NCBI GenBank assembly: GCA_963815455.1
Contig: CAWFGO010000001.1
Location: 608,001-672,000, forward strand
DNA from: an uncultured Verrucomicrobiae bacterium
GTDB lineage: Bacteria > Verrucomicrobiota > Verrucomicrobiia > Chthoniobacterales > UBA10450
Reading direction: 5' to 3'
Length of the DNA: 64,000 nt
In this document: piece after piece, positions 1 through 10,596 of the stretch
Position numbering within the stretch: position 1 is the stretch's first letter
Layout: each line of letters opens with the position of its first letter
Program-made: the position numbers and the translations under genes
The notes under the pieces: generated by a model
Database searches by the model: none
What the model was told of the DNA's origin: nothing
What the model saw: only the letters and a program-made list of their open reading frames with translations

Positions 1-198
1 CCGGCCACCGCGACCCAGGTCGTTTACAACAAGCGCGATGAAGGCTTGCAATTTACCCGCGATTCCGAGCAACCGCGCCGGCGCCTGAGCTATCAGACGC
101 ACCAAACCCTGCAGTGGAATAATCCCTACACGGGCGCATCGCTCCGAGTCTCTTATCCAAGCGAGGAAGTCGTCCTCATTCCAGTTTCGGGCCAGTAA
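1..198 (+). CDS. 3' end of hypothetical protein (partial)
   Basis: Open frame 1 from the window edge (PATATQVVYNKRDEG...EEVVLIPVSGQ) to TAA 196-198, directly upstream of the PDZ gene. Confidence 0.7.
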   Translation, partial: PATATQVVYNKRDEGLQFTRDSEQPRRRLSYQTHQTLQWNNPYTGASLRVSYPSEEVVLIPVSGQ

Positions 199-215
199 AT
201 TAACCAAATAGAACC

Positions 216-1323
216 ATGAATACAAAATCCATCCTAACCATTACCATTATGGCGCTCCTGCCGATTGCTGGAGTTGCCCAAACTCCGCCCGCACCGCCGG
301 TCGCTCCTGCGCCGCCCGCGCCGCCGGAACATGTCGGATCGGCACGCCAATCGACATGAGAGAGGCCCTAAAGTGCCGGTGACATTCCTCGGCGTTGAAA
401 CTTCGCCCGTCCCCACGGTCGTCAGCGAGCAACTGGGCCTGGCCAAGGGTTTCGGCCTGGTCGTTGACTACGTCGTTCCGGACGGCCCGGCGGCAGCGGC
501 CGGGGTTCAGCAAAACGACATCCTCAAAATGCTGAACGACCAAATTCTAATGGAACCGAGCCAGCTTCGAAAACTCCTTCAGAGTTTTTCCGAAGGCACA
601 AACGTAACCCTTACCGTGTTGCGCAAAGGCCAGGAACAAAAGATCACAGTTAAACTGGCGAAAAAGGAAGTGCCGCAACGGCACTCCATGTTCGACGGTT
701 TTAACCACGACTGGAATTGGAATTTCGACGACATGGGCAACATGGGCGATCTCGGCGAGAAAATGCAGGATCTAAAGGAGCAGTTGAAAGATCAGTTGAA
801 AGATCAATTGGGCGACGCCGGCGGCGCGATTCGCGATGCCGTCATGAACGCTCGAGAAGAAGCCAGACGCGCCCGGGACGAAGCACGCGAGGAAGCCAGA
901 CAGGCCCGGGATGACGCCCGCAACGCAGCCCGCGACATTCGCGTCTTGAGCAGAGATAATGGCACTCTCAAGGCCACCAAGATCGACATCGGCAAAGCGC
1001 AGATCGTTTTCTCCGACGACAAAGGGGAGATGAAACTGGAGACGGTGGACGGGAAAAAAATGCTCACGGCCAAAGATCCGCAGGGCAAACTGCTGTTCAG
1101 CGGCCCGGTCGAAACAAAAGAAGAACTCGATAAAGTCCCGGCTGACGTCCGCGAGCGTTTCGACAAGCTGCAAAACAGCGACTTACCGGCTGTGGCGCCT
1201 CGGGCCGAGGACGGGGACGAAGATGCCGATGCCGACGACGAAGGTGAAGACGAAGCGCCCGAAGGGTCCTTCAACCAGGTATCGTCTCAAGCACTGGCGA
1301 CGGCCCGCGCAACGTTAATCTAA
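216..1323 (+). CDS. Secreted PDZ-domain protein with acidic tail (frameshift near 330)
   Basis: ATG216 gives signal peptide MNTKSILTITIMALLPIAGVAQ plus a Pro-rich linker. Downstream frame has PDZ motifs FLGVET, GLVVDYVVPDGPAAAAGVQQNDIL and VTLTVLRKG. Confidence 0.75.
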
Positions 1324-1472
1324 TGGAGGGACGCGCGGAGCCTGCCCTGAGCGAAGTCGAACGGGTCGCGTCCGGGTAGAAGGGGATGATCGGGCATGCC
1401 CATCCATTTTGCAGAGGGACTCCGCCGAGCGCCTTAACCTGGCCCGGCTCCGGCCGCTCGGCGGAGTTTTCC
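1324..1472. repeat. REP-like palindrome cluster with nested element
   Basis: ggagggacgcg...cgcgtcc interrupted by gcctgccctgagcgaagtcgaacggg; second hairpin actccgccgagcg...cgctcggcggagt. Confidence 0.6.
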
Positions 1473-1531
1473 GCACTATTCGTTAGTCGTTGTAGATCGC
1501 GAAGCGCAGGCCGCAGCGTAACGAGGGTGGC

Positions 1532-1879
1532 TCAAAACCCAGTCGTATGTCCGGGATGAAATTTAACCGGTACCAGAACAGTACACGTTCGACCGGGCGC
1601 GCTTTTCCAACGCCGCAGCGTTGAGATCGCCGCTTCGTCCAAGTCATAGTCGCCGGTCGAGCGAACCATTTTCACTTCCTTTACTTTTCCCGAAGCATCG
1701 AAGCTCACTGAAAAAGTGCCCTTCCCCTGGATTGGAAAATAAGCGCGGCGCAGAGCAGCCGGATACTGCGGCGTCGGGCTGTAGATCAGTTTGCAGTCGC
1801 CCGTCGGCCGACCGGGAGGCTCGGCAAAAGCAACCGCACCGCTCAAGAGCAGGCCCACTATGATAAGCAAGCGAACCAT
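1532..1879 (-). CDS. Secreted TonB C-terminal domain protein
   Basis: Signal peptide, then PxYP...GKGTFSVSFDASGKVKEVKMVRSTG..DLDEAAI..LRRWK..P, the TonB_C pattern. Confidence 0.75.
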   Translation of the reverse strand: MVRLLIIVGLLLSGAVAFAEPPGRPTGDCKLIYSPTPQYPAALRRAYFPIQGKGTFSVSFDASGKVKEVKMVRSTGDYDLDEAAISTLRRWKSAPGRTCTVLVPVKFHPGHTTGF

Positions 1880-1986
1880 ACGCCTCTTTTTACAGCATTT
1901 TTTTCGCACAGGCAACTCCTGTTAACAAAGTAACTTGCCGTCGCCAATTGCCACGCTGTAATAGAACCGTACCTCACAGGATCGAC

Positions 1987-3423
1987 ATGTTTATTCGCGC
2001 TTTGATATTTACGGCAATCATTTCCACCGCGGAAATGTCTTACGGACAAACGTCAGCCCCGTCCCCCTCACCCTCCCCGTCGCTCTCTCTAGAGCAACGC
2101 GTCGCCGATCTCGAAGCTTATATAAATAATTCCCAGCGCACGGGCGATGTTTCCAATGTCCCCGGACCCGGGCCAGGTCACAACGCCTGGCTGATGACCT
2201 GCGCTGCGCTGGTGCTGTTCATGACGCTTCCGGGACTCGCTCTGTTTTACGGCGGACTGGTCAGACGAAAAAACGTTCTGTCCGTCCTGGCCCAATGCCT
2301 GGGGATCGCCGGACTGGTGTCGATCCTTTGGTGGGCTGTTGGCTATTCGTTGGTCTTTTCGCACGGTTCGCCCGTGCTCGGTGGCTTGAGCTTCGCGTTT
2401 TTACACGGAGTCAATTCCCAGCCGAATGCCGATTATTCCTACTGGGTGTCGCAAAATGTTTTTGCGATGTACCAGCTCATGTTCGCGATCATCACGCCGG
2501 CGCTGATCATTGGCGCGGTGGCCGAGCGAATGAGATTCACGGCGGTGATCGTCTTTGTCGCCGTCTGGATGTGCGCAATTTACTTTCCCATCGCCCACAT
2601 GGTCTGGGGAATCGATGGCTGGATGAACGGTATCTGGAATCCGGCCGCCAAAATTCACGCGATCGATTTTGCCGGCGGCACCGTCGTGCACATGTCCTCC
2701 GGTTGGTCCGCTCTCGTGCTCTGCATTCTTCTCGGTCACCGGCTCGGTTTTCGTAAGGAAATCATGGCCCCGCACAGCATGGTCCTTTGCATGATCGGCA
2801 CCGGAATGCTTTGGGTCGGCTGGTACGGATTCAACGCCGGCAGCGCGCTGGGCGCGGATGGCAATTGCGGCCAACGCATTCACGACCACAACCCTTGCCA
2901 CCGCGGTCGCGTCGTTTACCTGGGCGTTGTTGGAATATCTCCTGCGCGGCAGACCGAGCGTGCTCGGGTTTTGCTCGGGCGCAGTCGGCGGCCTGGTCGT
3001 GATCACGCCGGCCTGCGGCTTTGTCGATCCCACTGGCGCGGTCATGATTGGCGTAGCCGCAGGCGTCGTTCCGTTTTTTGCCTGCACAAAACTGAAGTCG
3101 TGGTTCCATTACGACGACGCGCTCGATACTTTCGGCATTCACGCCGTCGGCGGAACACTCGGCGCGTTTCTCACCGGCATTTTTGCGACGGCCAGCGTGA
3201 ATCCCAACCTGACGAAGACTGGTCGGCCATTCTCTCTGGCTGGAGCAATTGAAAGCGATTGGCGTTACGATTGGACTGGCGGTTGTCGGTCACCGCCATC
3301 GTCGGATCTCTGGTGAACGTAACACTTGGCTTGCGTATTGCGCCGGATAAGGAGCGGCAGGGCCTCGACATCAATGAGCATGGCGAAGAGGCTTACACCC
3401 GTACTTCCGGCTCGCGGGGTTAG
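1987..3423 (+). CDS. amt: Ammonium transporter (Amt family), about 2 frameshifts (near 2860 and 3220-3300)
   Basis: PGLALFYGGLVRRKN, QLMFAIITPAL, DFAGGTVVH, WVGWYGFNAGS, DDALDTFGIH and C-terminal GLDINEHGEEAY ending at TAG 3421-3423. Confidence 0.9.
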
Positions 3424-3498
3424 CACCGATCTTCACTTCTTCGCCCCGCCGCAACGGGTACAGTTGCGAGATGCAACGGCGGTCGGTGAACCTGTTTC

Positions 3499-5319
3499 AT
3501 GAAAGGATTTTTCCTCACTGCAATATCGGGATTTATTTTCGGGCTGGTTTGCGCCTGCGCGGGCGGGGCCACACCCGAAGAAATCGCCGCCGAATCGAAA
3601 CGCGCCAACGAGTTCTTCGACAAATGCTGGGACGAAACGCTCTCTCGTCATCCGGTGGACGAATCGTTTTATGGCATCAAGACTCACTACGATCAGCTGG
3701 AGGATTTGTCGGATGCCAAAGCGATCGCGGACCATGCGGTGTGGCAAGAGCAGCTGGCCGCTCTGAAGCGCGATTTCAAATTCGATATGCTCGATGCGCA
3801 GGCGCAGCTCAGTTACAAACTCTTCGAGCGCGAAGCGGAGCGCGAGGCAGACGAGTTCCGTTATCGATCCGATGTTTATCCCGTCAGTCAGATGCGGGGC
3901 GTGCACGCGCAGGTTCCCGCGTTCCTGATCAATATCCACAAGATCGACAACGTAAGAGACGCCGAGGCCTACGTGGCGCGACTCAATGCGATTCCGAAAC
4001 TGTTCGACCGAGTCATTGTAAATCTCCGCGACCGGGAGAAGAAAAAAGTGGTCGCGCCGCGCTTCGTGTTTCCTCTCGTTCTCGATGCCTGCCGCAAAGT
4101 GATCCAGGGAGCCCCGTTCGACTCGACCGAGACGCCTAGCCCGTTACTAAACGATTTCGCGAAAAAAGTAAACGCGGTAAAGGAAATCGATGCTACCGCG
4201 CGCCATCGATTGCTCGATGCCGCAACAAAGGCGCTCAAAAGTTCGGTAAAGCCGGCCTACGAAAAATTGATCGCGTTCCTGGAAGATCAGTCGAAGCGCG
4301 CCAATGACGATGCCGGGGTCTGGAAATTCCCGGACGGCGCCGATTATTACAAGACGGCTATGCGTCACACCACCACCACGAACCTGAGCGCCGCGGAAAT
4401 TCACGAGATCGGATTGAAAGAAGTTTCCCGGATCCACGATGAAATGGTCAGGATCAAAGACAAGGTTGGATTCAAAGGTGATCTGCCCGCGTTCTTCAAA
4501 TTCATGCGCGAGGATCGACAATTCCATTTGCCGGACACGGATGAAGGCAGGGCCAAATATCTCGCGCAGGCGACCGATATTATTAGCGCGATGAAAAAGC
4601 GGCTCGACGAATTGTTCGTCACCAAGCCGAAGGCGGACATCGTGGTCAAGGCGGTGGAGAAATTCCGCGAAAAATCTACCGGCAAGGCGTTTTATCAACA
4701 ACCGGCGCCGGATGGATCCCGGCCCGGAACGTTTTACGTGAACTTGAAAGACATGAACGACAGCCCGACCTACTCGCTGGAGTCACTAGCCTACCACGAA
4801 GGGATTCCCGGCCATCACATGCAGATCGCAATCGCGCAGGAGCTGAGCGGGATTCCCAAGTTCCGAAAATTTTCGCACGCTTACACCGCCTACGTCGAGG
4901 GCTGGGGGCTCTACAGCGAGCTCACTCCGAAAGAAATCGGCTTCTATCGGGATCCCTATTCAGATTTTGGCCGGCTTTCGCTGGAACTTTGGAGAGCGGG
5001 CCGCCTCGTTACCGACACCGGATTGCATGCGAAAAAGTGGACACGCGAGCAAGCGATCAAGTATCTGGTCGATAATACTCCCAATACCGAAGCGGACCGC
5101 GTCGATGCAATCAATCGGTACATCGTCATGCCGAGCCAGGCGACCGCTTACAAGATCGGCATGCTAAAGATCTTGGAGCTGCGCGCAAAAGCGAAAAAGG
5201 AATTGGGAAACAAATTCGATATCCGGCAATTTCATGAAGTCGTCCTGACTGGCGGCGCGGTGCCCTTGGATATCCTGGAGAAGCTTGTCGATCGCTGGAT
5301 CAAATCAAAGCAAGGCTAG
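3499..5319 (+). CDS. DUF885 family exported protein
   Basis: 606 aa; AYHEGIPGHHMQ, YVEGWGLYSE and PSQATAYKIG motifs typical of DUF885. Confidence 0.9.
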   Translation: MKGFFLTAISGFIFGLVCACAGGATPEEIAAESKRANEFFDKCWDETLSRHPVDESFYGIKTHYDQLEDLSDAKAIADHAVWQEQLAALKRDFKFDMLDAQAQLSYKLFEREAEREADEFRYRSDVYPVSQMRGVHAQVPAFLINIHKIDNVRDAEAYVARLNAIPKLFDRVIVNLRDREKKKVVAPRFVFPLVLDACRKVIQGAPFDSTETPSPLLNDFAKKVNAVKEIDATARHRLLDAATKALKSSVKPAYEKLIAFLEDQSKRANDDAGVWKFPDGADYYKTAMRHTTTTNLSAAEIHEIGLKEVSRIHDEMVRIKDKVGFKGDLPAFFKFMREDRQFHLPDTDEGRAKYLAQATDIISAMKKRLDELFVTKPKADIVVKAVEKFREKSTGKAFYQQPAPDGSRPGTFYVNLKDMNDSPTYSLESLAYHEGIPGHHMQIAIAQELSGIPKFRKFSHAYTAYVEGWGLYSELTPKEIGFYRDPYSDFGRLSLELWRAGRLVTDTGLHAKKWTREQAIKYLVDNTPNTEADRVDAINRYIVMPSQATAYKIGMLKILELRAKAKKELGNKFDIRQFHEVVLTGGAVPLDILEKLVDRWIKSKQG

Positions 5320-5322
5320 CAG

Positions 5323-5751
5323 ATGAATCACGACGAAGAACACTTACGGCTTTTGTCGATCTTTCACTACGTCGTCGCGGGCTTGGCCGCGCTGTTTTCG
5401 TTGTTCCCGCTTCTGGACTGCGCCATCGGCGGATTCCTGCTTTACGCGGCTCACCACCCGGCGGGATTACAGAACAATCAGGAACCGCCGCCGGCCATCC
5501 TCGGCTGGATTTTTATCGTGATGGGCGCTCTGTTTTTCGTCGCCGGCCTGGCAATGGCGATCTGCATCATGATCGCCGGGCGATCGATCTCGTGCCGAAA
5601 GCGATACTGGTTCGCCTTCGTCGTAGCCTGTGTCGAATGTATTTTTATGCCGTTCGGCACAATTCTGGGCGTGTTCACCCTCATCGTGCTCACGCGCGAA
5701 TCAATCAAGCGGCTTTTTGCCGTAGCCGAGCAATCGAACGCAAGAAGTTAG
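5323..5751 (+). CDS. Membrane protein (3-4 TM), hypothetical
   Basis: EEHLRLLSIFHYV...CIFMPFGTILGVFTLIVL hydrophobic pattern; starts 3 nt after DUF885. Confidence 0.8.
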   Translation: MNHDEEHLRLLSIFHYVVAGLAALFSLFPLLDCAIGGFLLYAAHHPAGLQNNQEPPPAILGWIFIVMGALFFVAGLAMAICIMIAGRSISCRKRYWFAFVVACVECIFMPFGTILGVFTLIVLTRESIKRLFAVAEQSNARS

Positions 5752-6294
5752 AAGCCGCTGCCGCGCGAGCTACGCGTGGGGGTCCTGAGATTTCGCAGCG
5801 CCTGGCCGCTTACTTTGTCCAGATCATCCGATCTCGCGGTCCCGGAGCCGTCATCGTCAACCTCCACCCAGCGGCCGCCCAAATGACTGCCGGTCTCCGA
5901 CGGAACCCACACGAAATGCTTTGCCTTTTTCCCCTTGGTTACCGCTTTTGCTTCAGCCGCCGTGGACTTAATATCAAAGTCTACACGCGTGGCACCGATT
6001 GAACGCGATTTCACATTGCTGACTGATGTCGGCACCTTATTTACCCATGCCGTGACTTTGTACAGTTCCCACGGCAAGTCCTTCAAATAGGTATCGTCCT
6101 TTTTGATCGGCCTTCACGGTTTTGGCCGCTTGTTTCAAATCGTTTTGCTCGATCCGAATCTCAGCGCCACCAGCAGGTTTCCCATCCGGACCTTTGACCT
6201 CGCCTTGAATGGTGCCGGCCTGAACCCATGCGCCGCCAACCAGAAGAATCAAAAAAGACAAAATAACACCGAAACTGCGTGCACGATTATACAT
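5748..6294 (-). CDS. Secreted carboxypeptidase-regulatory-like domain protein (frameshift near 6080)
   Basis: Signal peptide, GTIQGEVKGPDGKPAGGAEIRI..ADQKGRYLF, continuing in the other frame as YKVTAWVN...WVPSETGSHLGGRWVEV. Confidence 0.7.
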
Positions 6295-6377
6295 AAGTTG
6301 CGGATTTTACCAAAGGAGGCGGGTTAACGCAAAGATTATTGTGCGAATTTGAGAAATGTCCGGCTTCTGATTGGCCG

Positions 6378-6461
6378 TGCCGGCGGAGGGGCTCGAACCC
6401 ACACGATCTTGCGATCACTGGATTTTGAGTCCAGCGCGTCTGCCAGTTCCGCCACGCCGGC
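6378..6461 (-). tRNA. tRNA-Leu(CAA)
   Basis: Reverse complement GCCGGCGTGGCGGAACTGGCAGACGCGCTGGACTCAAAATCCAG...GGTTCGAGCCCCTCCGCCGGCA; long variable arm, anticodon CAA. Confidence 0.95.
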
Positions 6462-6499
6462 GGGCGGGAAAATTGAAGCTACGAAGATGCGACCGAACC

Positions 6500-7150
6500 T
6501 CAAGCGCTTCCGATTACATCGAACGCCTGCAAACCGCGCGGCGCATTAAAGATTTCGCGGAGCACGACCATTTGCCGCAACCCTTGAGGCGACGCCAGCA
6601 GTGAGGCGATGTCGATGCTTGTATCGGTTGACGAAGCAGGTCCCTCAATCGCGGGTACTGAAATGTCCGAAGGCTTTTCCAATGAGTCGCTCTCGGACGA
6701 ACCAACTGCCGTCGGCCCGACCTCCGCGCGATAAGCGATCGCTGGCTCGACAGTTGTTTTGACGGGCGGCGAGACCGTTTGATTGCGTGGTCTGTCGCTG
6801 GCTGGTTTCCGAATTTTACCGGACAGGCGCCGGGGCGGAACTCCAGAGAACATTCCCGGGGGCGGCTGAACTGGTGCGATGGGTCGCGGCGGGATATCGC
6901 TGCGAGGAGCGACCGGCGCCGGCGGTCTGGACGATGTCGGCTGCCCGAGCGCCTCCAAAAAACGTCGAATCCGTTCTTCGTCGGTGTTCGCAGGCGGGCG
7001 TTCAGGCGGTTGATTTGTCGGCAAGGCAGATCTCGATCCTGCGTCTGTCTCGTTCGACTTCTTATTCGTTTTGTTTGCCGCTTTCGTCAGCAACTGGAAC
7101 AGGCCGGCGACCGCGATGAGCAGAATAAACAGCAGTTGATCGATATGCAT
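6500..7150 (-). CDS. Pro-rich single-TM hypothetical protein (resembles the gene usually downstream of floA)
   Basis: N-terminal TM, EEERIRRFLEALG and C-terminal LRQMVVLREIFNAPRGL motif. Confidence 0.7.
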   Translation of the reverse strand: MHIDQLLFILLIAVAGLFQLLTKAANKTNKKSNETDAGSRSALPTNQPPERPPANTDEERIRRFLEALGQPTSSRPPAPVAPRSDIPPRPIAPVQPPPGMFSGVPPRRLSGKIRKPASDRPRNQTVSPPVKTTVEPAIAYRAEVGPTAVGSSESDSLEKPSDISVPAIEGPASSTDTSIDIASLLASPQGLRQMVVLREIFNAPRGLQAFDVIGSA

Positions 7151-7161
7151 AGCAGAGGCGC

Positions 7162-7680
7162 TCACTCCCATTTTTCCCTGATCAGGGCCGATGGATTAGC
7201 ATACTCGGCAAACTGTTGACCATTCTGATAAATGCGAACCCAGAGGCCCACCAGAGTATCCTCGGCCTTTCTTCGGGCACCATTGTCAAACTCCCACTCC
7301 GAGGCCAACTGCGACTTATTCAATTCCACGGCGCTGGTGGTGAGAATTTTCTTCTCGCGTGGCTTGAGCAGCTCGAACGACGCGTTCCCGGCCAGGCGTT
7401 GCAGTTTCGCCGCCGCCTTGTCGCCCAATTTTTCACGATTGAAAAAGATGATGTACTTCACCTCGACGCCGGCAAGGTCCTTGAATGTTTTGTTTTCAAT
7501 CGTCACATCGTAAGCCCAGCGCTCTTTCGACTTGTTTACGTGCCCGCGCACGCTGGCCTTGCCGATCGCGTCCATCTGCTTCGGACTACAATGGATTTCC
7601 ATGTCGATGTTTCCGGCTCGCAGCAGGCCGATCAATGCCAGAGCCCCGAGTGGGATTAGAATCTTTCTAATCGATCTCAT
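7162..7680 (-). CDS. Secreted hypothetical protein
   Basis: 172-aa ORF with signal peptide and GGAGG RBS upstream. Confidence 0.75.
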   Translation of the reverse strand: MRSIRKILIPLGALALIGLLRAGNIDMEIHCSPKQMDAIGKASVRGHVNKSKERWAYDVTIENKTFKDLAGVEVKYIIFFNREKLGDKAAAKLQRLAGNASFELLKPREKKILTTSAVELNKSQLASEWEFDNGARRKAEDTLVGLWVRIYQNGQQFAEYANPSALIREKWE

Positions 7681-7782
7681 GAATTCCTCCGCTTCCGCCA
7701 GTATTACTTCATCCTAACCGATCCTGCCAAGATCACTTTTCAAGCATCCGGAAAAAGCGATATCCGACCTGCTGTTCGGTGC

Positions 7783-7812
7783 TTGATATAAACCAAGCCA
7801 CAAAGCTACGCT
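7783..7812 (+). promoter_or_regulatory. Putative sigma70 promoter, probably leaderless floA transcript
   Basis: TTGATA-18 nt-TACGCT, 6 nt before ATG7819; no SD visible. Confidence 0.35.
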
Positions 7813-7818
7813 CAGCTC

Positions 7819-8832
7819 ATGGATTCGCTCTATCTGGCCGGCGTCGCGGTCCTCGCCGTCATCGCTTTGGTTCTCACGATCGTTGTATCGAAATATTTTA
7901 TGACATGGCTCCGGGCTCGGGTCGCCAACGCCCCGGTCAGTATCGGGAAAATGATCGGGATGAGCCTGCGCCGCGTGCCAGTGGGAATGATTGTCGATAA
8001 TCGCATTACCGCCGTGAAAGCGGGGCTGGAAATTCCGAGCGATCCATTGGAAGCGCATTATCTCGCGGGCGGCGACGTGCAGCACGTGATCCTGGCTCTG
8101 ATCGCCGCCGACAAGGCCGGCATCGCGCTCGAGTTCAATCGCGCTTGCGCCATCGATTTGGCCACCAAAGGCACCGGCAAGACCGTCCTCGAAGCGGTGC
8201 GCACCAGCATCAATCCGAAAGTGATCGATGCGCCCAGCCCAAACATGGGGCGGACGACAATCGACGGCGTGGCCCAGGATGGCATCGGCGTTAAGGTGAA
8301 AGCCCGCGTAACGGTGCGCTCGCATCTCGATCGATTTGTCGGCGGCGCGACGGAAGAAACGATTATTGCCCGGGTCGGGGAAGGAATTGTGAGCGCGATC
8401 GGCTCGGCCCATTCCTACAAAGAGGTCCTGGAAAATCCGGATCGCATTTCCAAAATGGTTTTGGCCAAGGGCCTCGACAGCAACACCGCCTTCGAAATCC
8501 TTTCCATCGACATTGCTGATGTCGATGTGGGCGACAATATCGGCGCGAAATTGCAGACCGAGCAGGCCGATGCCGACAAGCGCGTGGCCCAGGCAAAAGC
8601 GGAAGTGCGCCGCGCAGCGGCCGTGGCAGTCGAACAGGAAATGAGGGCGAGAACACAGGAGATGCGCGCCAAGGTGGTCGAGGCCGAAGCGCTGGTACCT
8701 CAGGCAATGGCAGATGCCTTTCGCTCGGGCAATCTCGGCGTGATGGATTACGTCCGGATGAAAAATGTCCAGGCCGACACGTCGATGCGGGAATCCATCG
8801 CCGGTGGGGATAAACCCACGAAGGGAACCTAG
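7819..8832 (+). CDS. floA: Flotillin-like protein FloA (UPF0365/YqfA)
   Basis: [33 protein letters not shown] and [15 protein letters not shown] signature motifs. Confidence 0.92.
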   Translation: MDSLYLAGVAVLAVIALVLTIVVSKYFMTWLRARVANAPVSIGKMIGMSLRRVPVGMIVDNRITAVKAGLEIPSDPLEAHYLAGGDVQHVILALIAADKAGIALEFNRACAIDLATKGTGKTVLEAVRTSINPKVIDAPSPNMGRTTIDGVAQDGIGVKVKARVTVRSHLDRFVGGATEETIIARVGEGIVSAIGSAHSYKEVLENPDRISKMVLAKGLDSNTAFEILSIDIADVDVGDNIGAKLQTEQADADKRVAQAKAEVRRAAAVAVEQEMRARTQEMRAKVVEAEALVPQAMADAFRSGNLGVMDYVRMKNVQADTSMRESIAGGDKPTKGT

Positions 8833-8838
8833 TCACGC

Positions 8839-9303
8839 TCAGCGTCCGGAGATTCTTGGATCGAATCGGTATTCGATGGCCGGCCCGATTTTGATTTTCT
8901 TGAAGTCCGGGTGGTTGGGATTCAGCAGAAAATTCAGTTCGCTGGTGCTGAGCAAACTTGGAACCGCGAGCACGAGCGAACGCATTTGTTCGAGCCATTC
9001 ATCGCCCATTCTACGGGTAGCTGGGATCGGCGGCCGGGCGTTCCAGCCGGCAGGAAGCTTGTTCGCAGAAAGATATTCAGTCAGCTCATCGGGCCATTCG
9101 ACCTGGAATGCGAAATAGTGGTCTGTTGGCAATAGTGGGTGGGTATGGGCGAAAATTTCAAGGGCCGCAAGCGATTCGTGCTGGCTCAAATACACCACCG
9201 GCTTGCCGCGCGAATTCCACCGGCCCGGAGCAAAACGGCTACCTTCTCCGGTGAATGCGCTGGAAACACGCGCTGCGCGAACGATTCGCCACGCCGAAGC
9301 CAT
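8839..9303 (-). CDS. RES-domain toxin (MbcT/ParT-like)
   Basis: GEGSRFAPGRWN..G.PVVYLS.HESLAALE...VPS...E.NFLLNP.HPDF. Confidence 0.9.
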   Translation of the reverse strand: MASAWRIVRAARVSSAFTGEGSRFAPGRWNSRGKPVVYLSQHESLAALEIFAHTHPLLPTDHYFAFQVEWPDELTEYLSANKLPAGWNARPPIPATRRMGDEWLEQMRSLVLAVPSLLSTSELNFLLNPNHPDFKKIKIGPAIEYRFDPRISGR

Positions 9304-9305
9304 TA

Positions 9306-9574
9306 GAACCTATCTCCAAACCCTGAGGGGTTCCGTTGCTGACCGATTTTCTTGCTGGCCAAGGAGTGAGGAGGGAAAATATCCGCAGGGATCTGTGACC
9401 GACGAACAACGAAGGCCAGCGAGAAAAGCGGCGCAACCGGAAAGGCGAGAGTATTTTGAAATGTTCGGCGGTGCTTTTTCCCTATGGCAATCAAAGCTTT
9501 CGCTCCTGGCTCGTGCCTTGTAGTCCAGTCCAAAACAACTCTCGCGGAACCCATCAGAGTTTTGAGACAGGTTC
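9306..9574. mobile_element. 269-bp non-autonomous MITE with 30-bp TIRs and TTA target duplication
   Basis: TIRs 9306-9335 and 9545-9574 match 26/30; TTA at 9303-9305 and 9575-9577; no transposase. Confidence 0.85.
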
Positions 9575-10045
9575 TTAGGAATAGACACTGTAATCAATCC
9601 GACCGAGCAGATCTTCAACTTCTCGCGCGCCGAGCTCCGTTCTTGCAAACTCTAGCGGAACAGCGCCACCCAGTCCGAACTGCGGAAACTTGAGCCACTG
9701 TCGCGCGCGATCCACGGTCCCGAAAAGGTTCGTAGCGTATTCGACGATCCTCGAGAACCGCATTACACGCTCAGATTCTTCCGGAGAAAGACGGCGCTCC
9801 GCTTTTCGACGTTGCAATGTCGATCTGGAAATGGAGAGGTGGCGGGCCAGGGCTTCCATGGGTTCGTCAAGTTCGCTCCGCAAATGCTCCAGCTCACTAA
9901 ACGGCAATCCCTTGTTAATGCGCTCGATGAGTTTGGCCGGATGCAGATTCCTTTTCGATAGCGGAGTTTTCGATCCGTACGCCGTCACCGCTTGTTCCCG
10001 AACAACACTGCTGCGCGCATAGCGCCGCTTTGCTCGCTTGCCCAT
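9575..10045 (-). CDS. Xre/MbcA/ParS antitoxin
   Basis: HTH (LSISRSTLQRRK), LSPEESER, ARQWL..PQFGLGGAVPL..ARTELGAREVEDLLGRI. Confidence 0.92.
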   Translation of the reverse strand: MGKRAKRRYARSSVVREQAVTAYGSKTPLSKRNLHPAKLIERINKGLPFSELEHLRSELDEPMEALARHLSISRSTLQRRKAERRLSPEESERVMRFSRIVEYATNLFGTVDRARQWLKFPQFGLGGAVPLEFARTELGAREVEDLLGRIDYSVYS

Positions 10046-10353
10046 GTGAGCATTTTGAATGATTCAAATGGGCCAGTCAAGTCTTGACCTCTGACTTCTG
10101 ACCTATTTCTAACTCGCGCGCTGGCCGGTGCGAAATCAGCAGCCGCCTTTCACATCGAAAGTTTCGGAAAAGAAGCGTTTCGTCACCGAGTCTTCGCTGA
10201 CCATTTTCCGGCCAGATTTCCTCGAGCCATACCGGAACAGTTGAACCCCCTGCCCTCTGCTCGTTTGCAGTCGCCAATCGCCAATCCGCAGTCTAAAATC
10301 TGACCTCTGACTTCTGATTGAGCTTTGAGCGCGTTCTCGTATCTTTTTTGCAC

Positions 10354-10596
10354 ATGAGCACTGCGCGCGAGATTGAAGAGGCGATCCGTTCTCTTCCGGC
10401 ATCTGAACGCGATAAATTGTTGCATCACCTTCCGGGTCTGTTTCCAGAACTCGCCGGAGATGCAGAATGGGAACGCATTATCAAGGACGAGCGTCCGCGG
10501 CCCGCCCTGAGTCGAGTCCTCGACGAAGCAGAAAGCGCGTTTGGGCGTAATCCTGACTCATTTCCAAAGATGACGGATCAGGATCTCCTTGCGTGA
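10354..10596 (+). CDS. Putative antitoxin
   Basis: MSTAREIEEAIRSL...DAEWERII small acidic protein overlapping the toxin start (GTGA). Confidence 0.7.
   Translation: MSTAREIEEAIRSLPASERDKLLHHLPGLFPELAGDAEWERIIKDERPRPALSRVLDEAESAFGRNPDSFPKMTDQDLLA

Noticed and set aside
1987..3423. amt as a true pseudogene or programmed frameshift
   Set aside because: Both conserved His motifs are intact, there is no slippery site, and similar indels occur throughout the contig
6349..6604. Short ORFs over tRNA-Leu (likewise 10812-11066 over tRNA-Arg and the N-terminal extension of 62317-62757 over SRP RNA)
   Set aside because: Shadow translations of RNA genes
9310..9648. ORFs across the MITE as a transposase
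   Set aside because: Too short, no DDE or HUH motifs; they are read-throughs of the repeat
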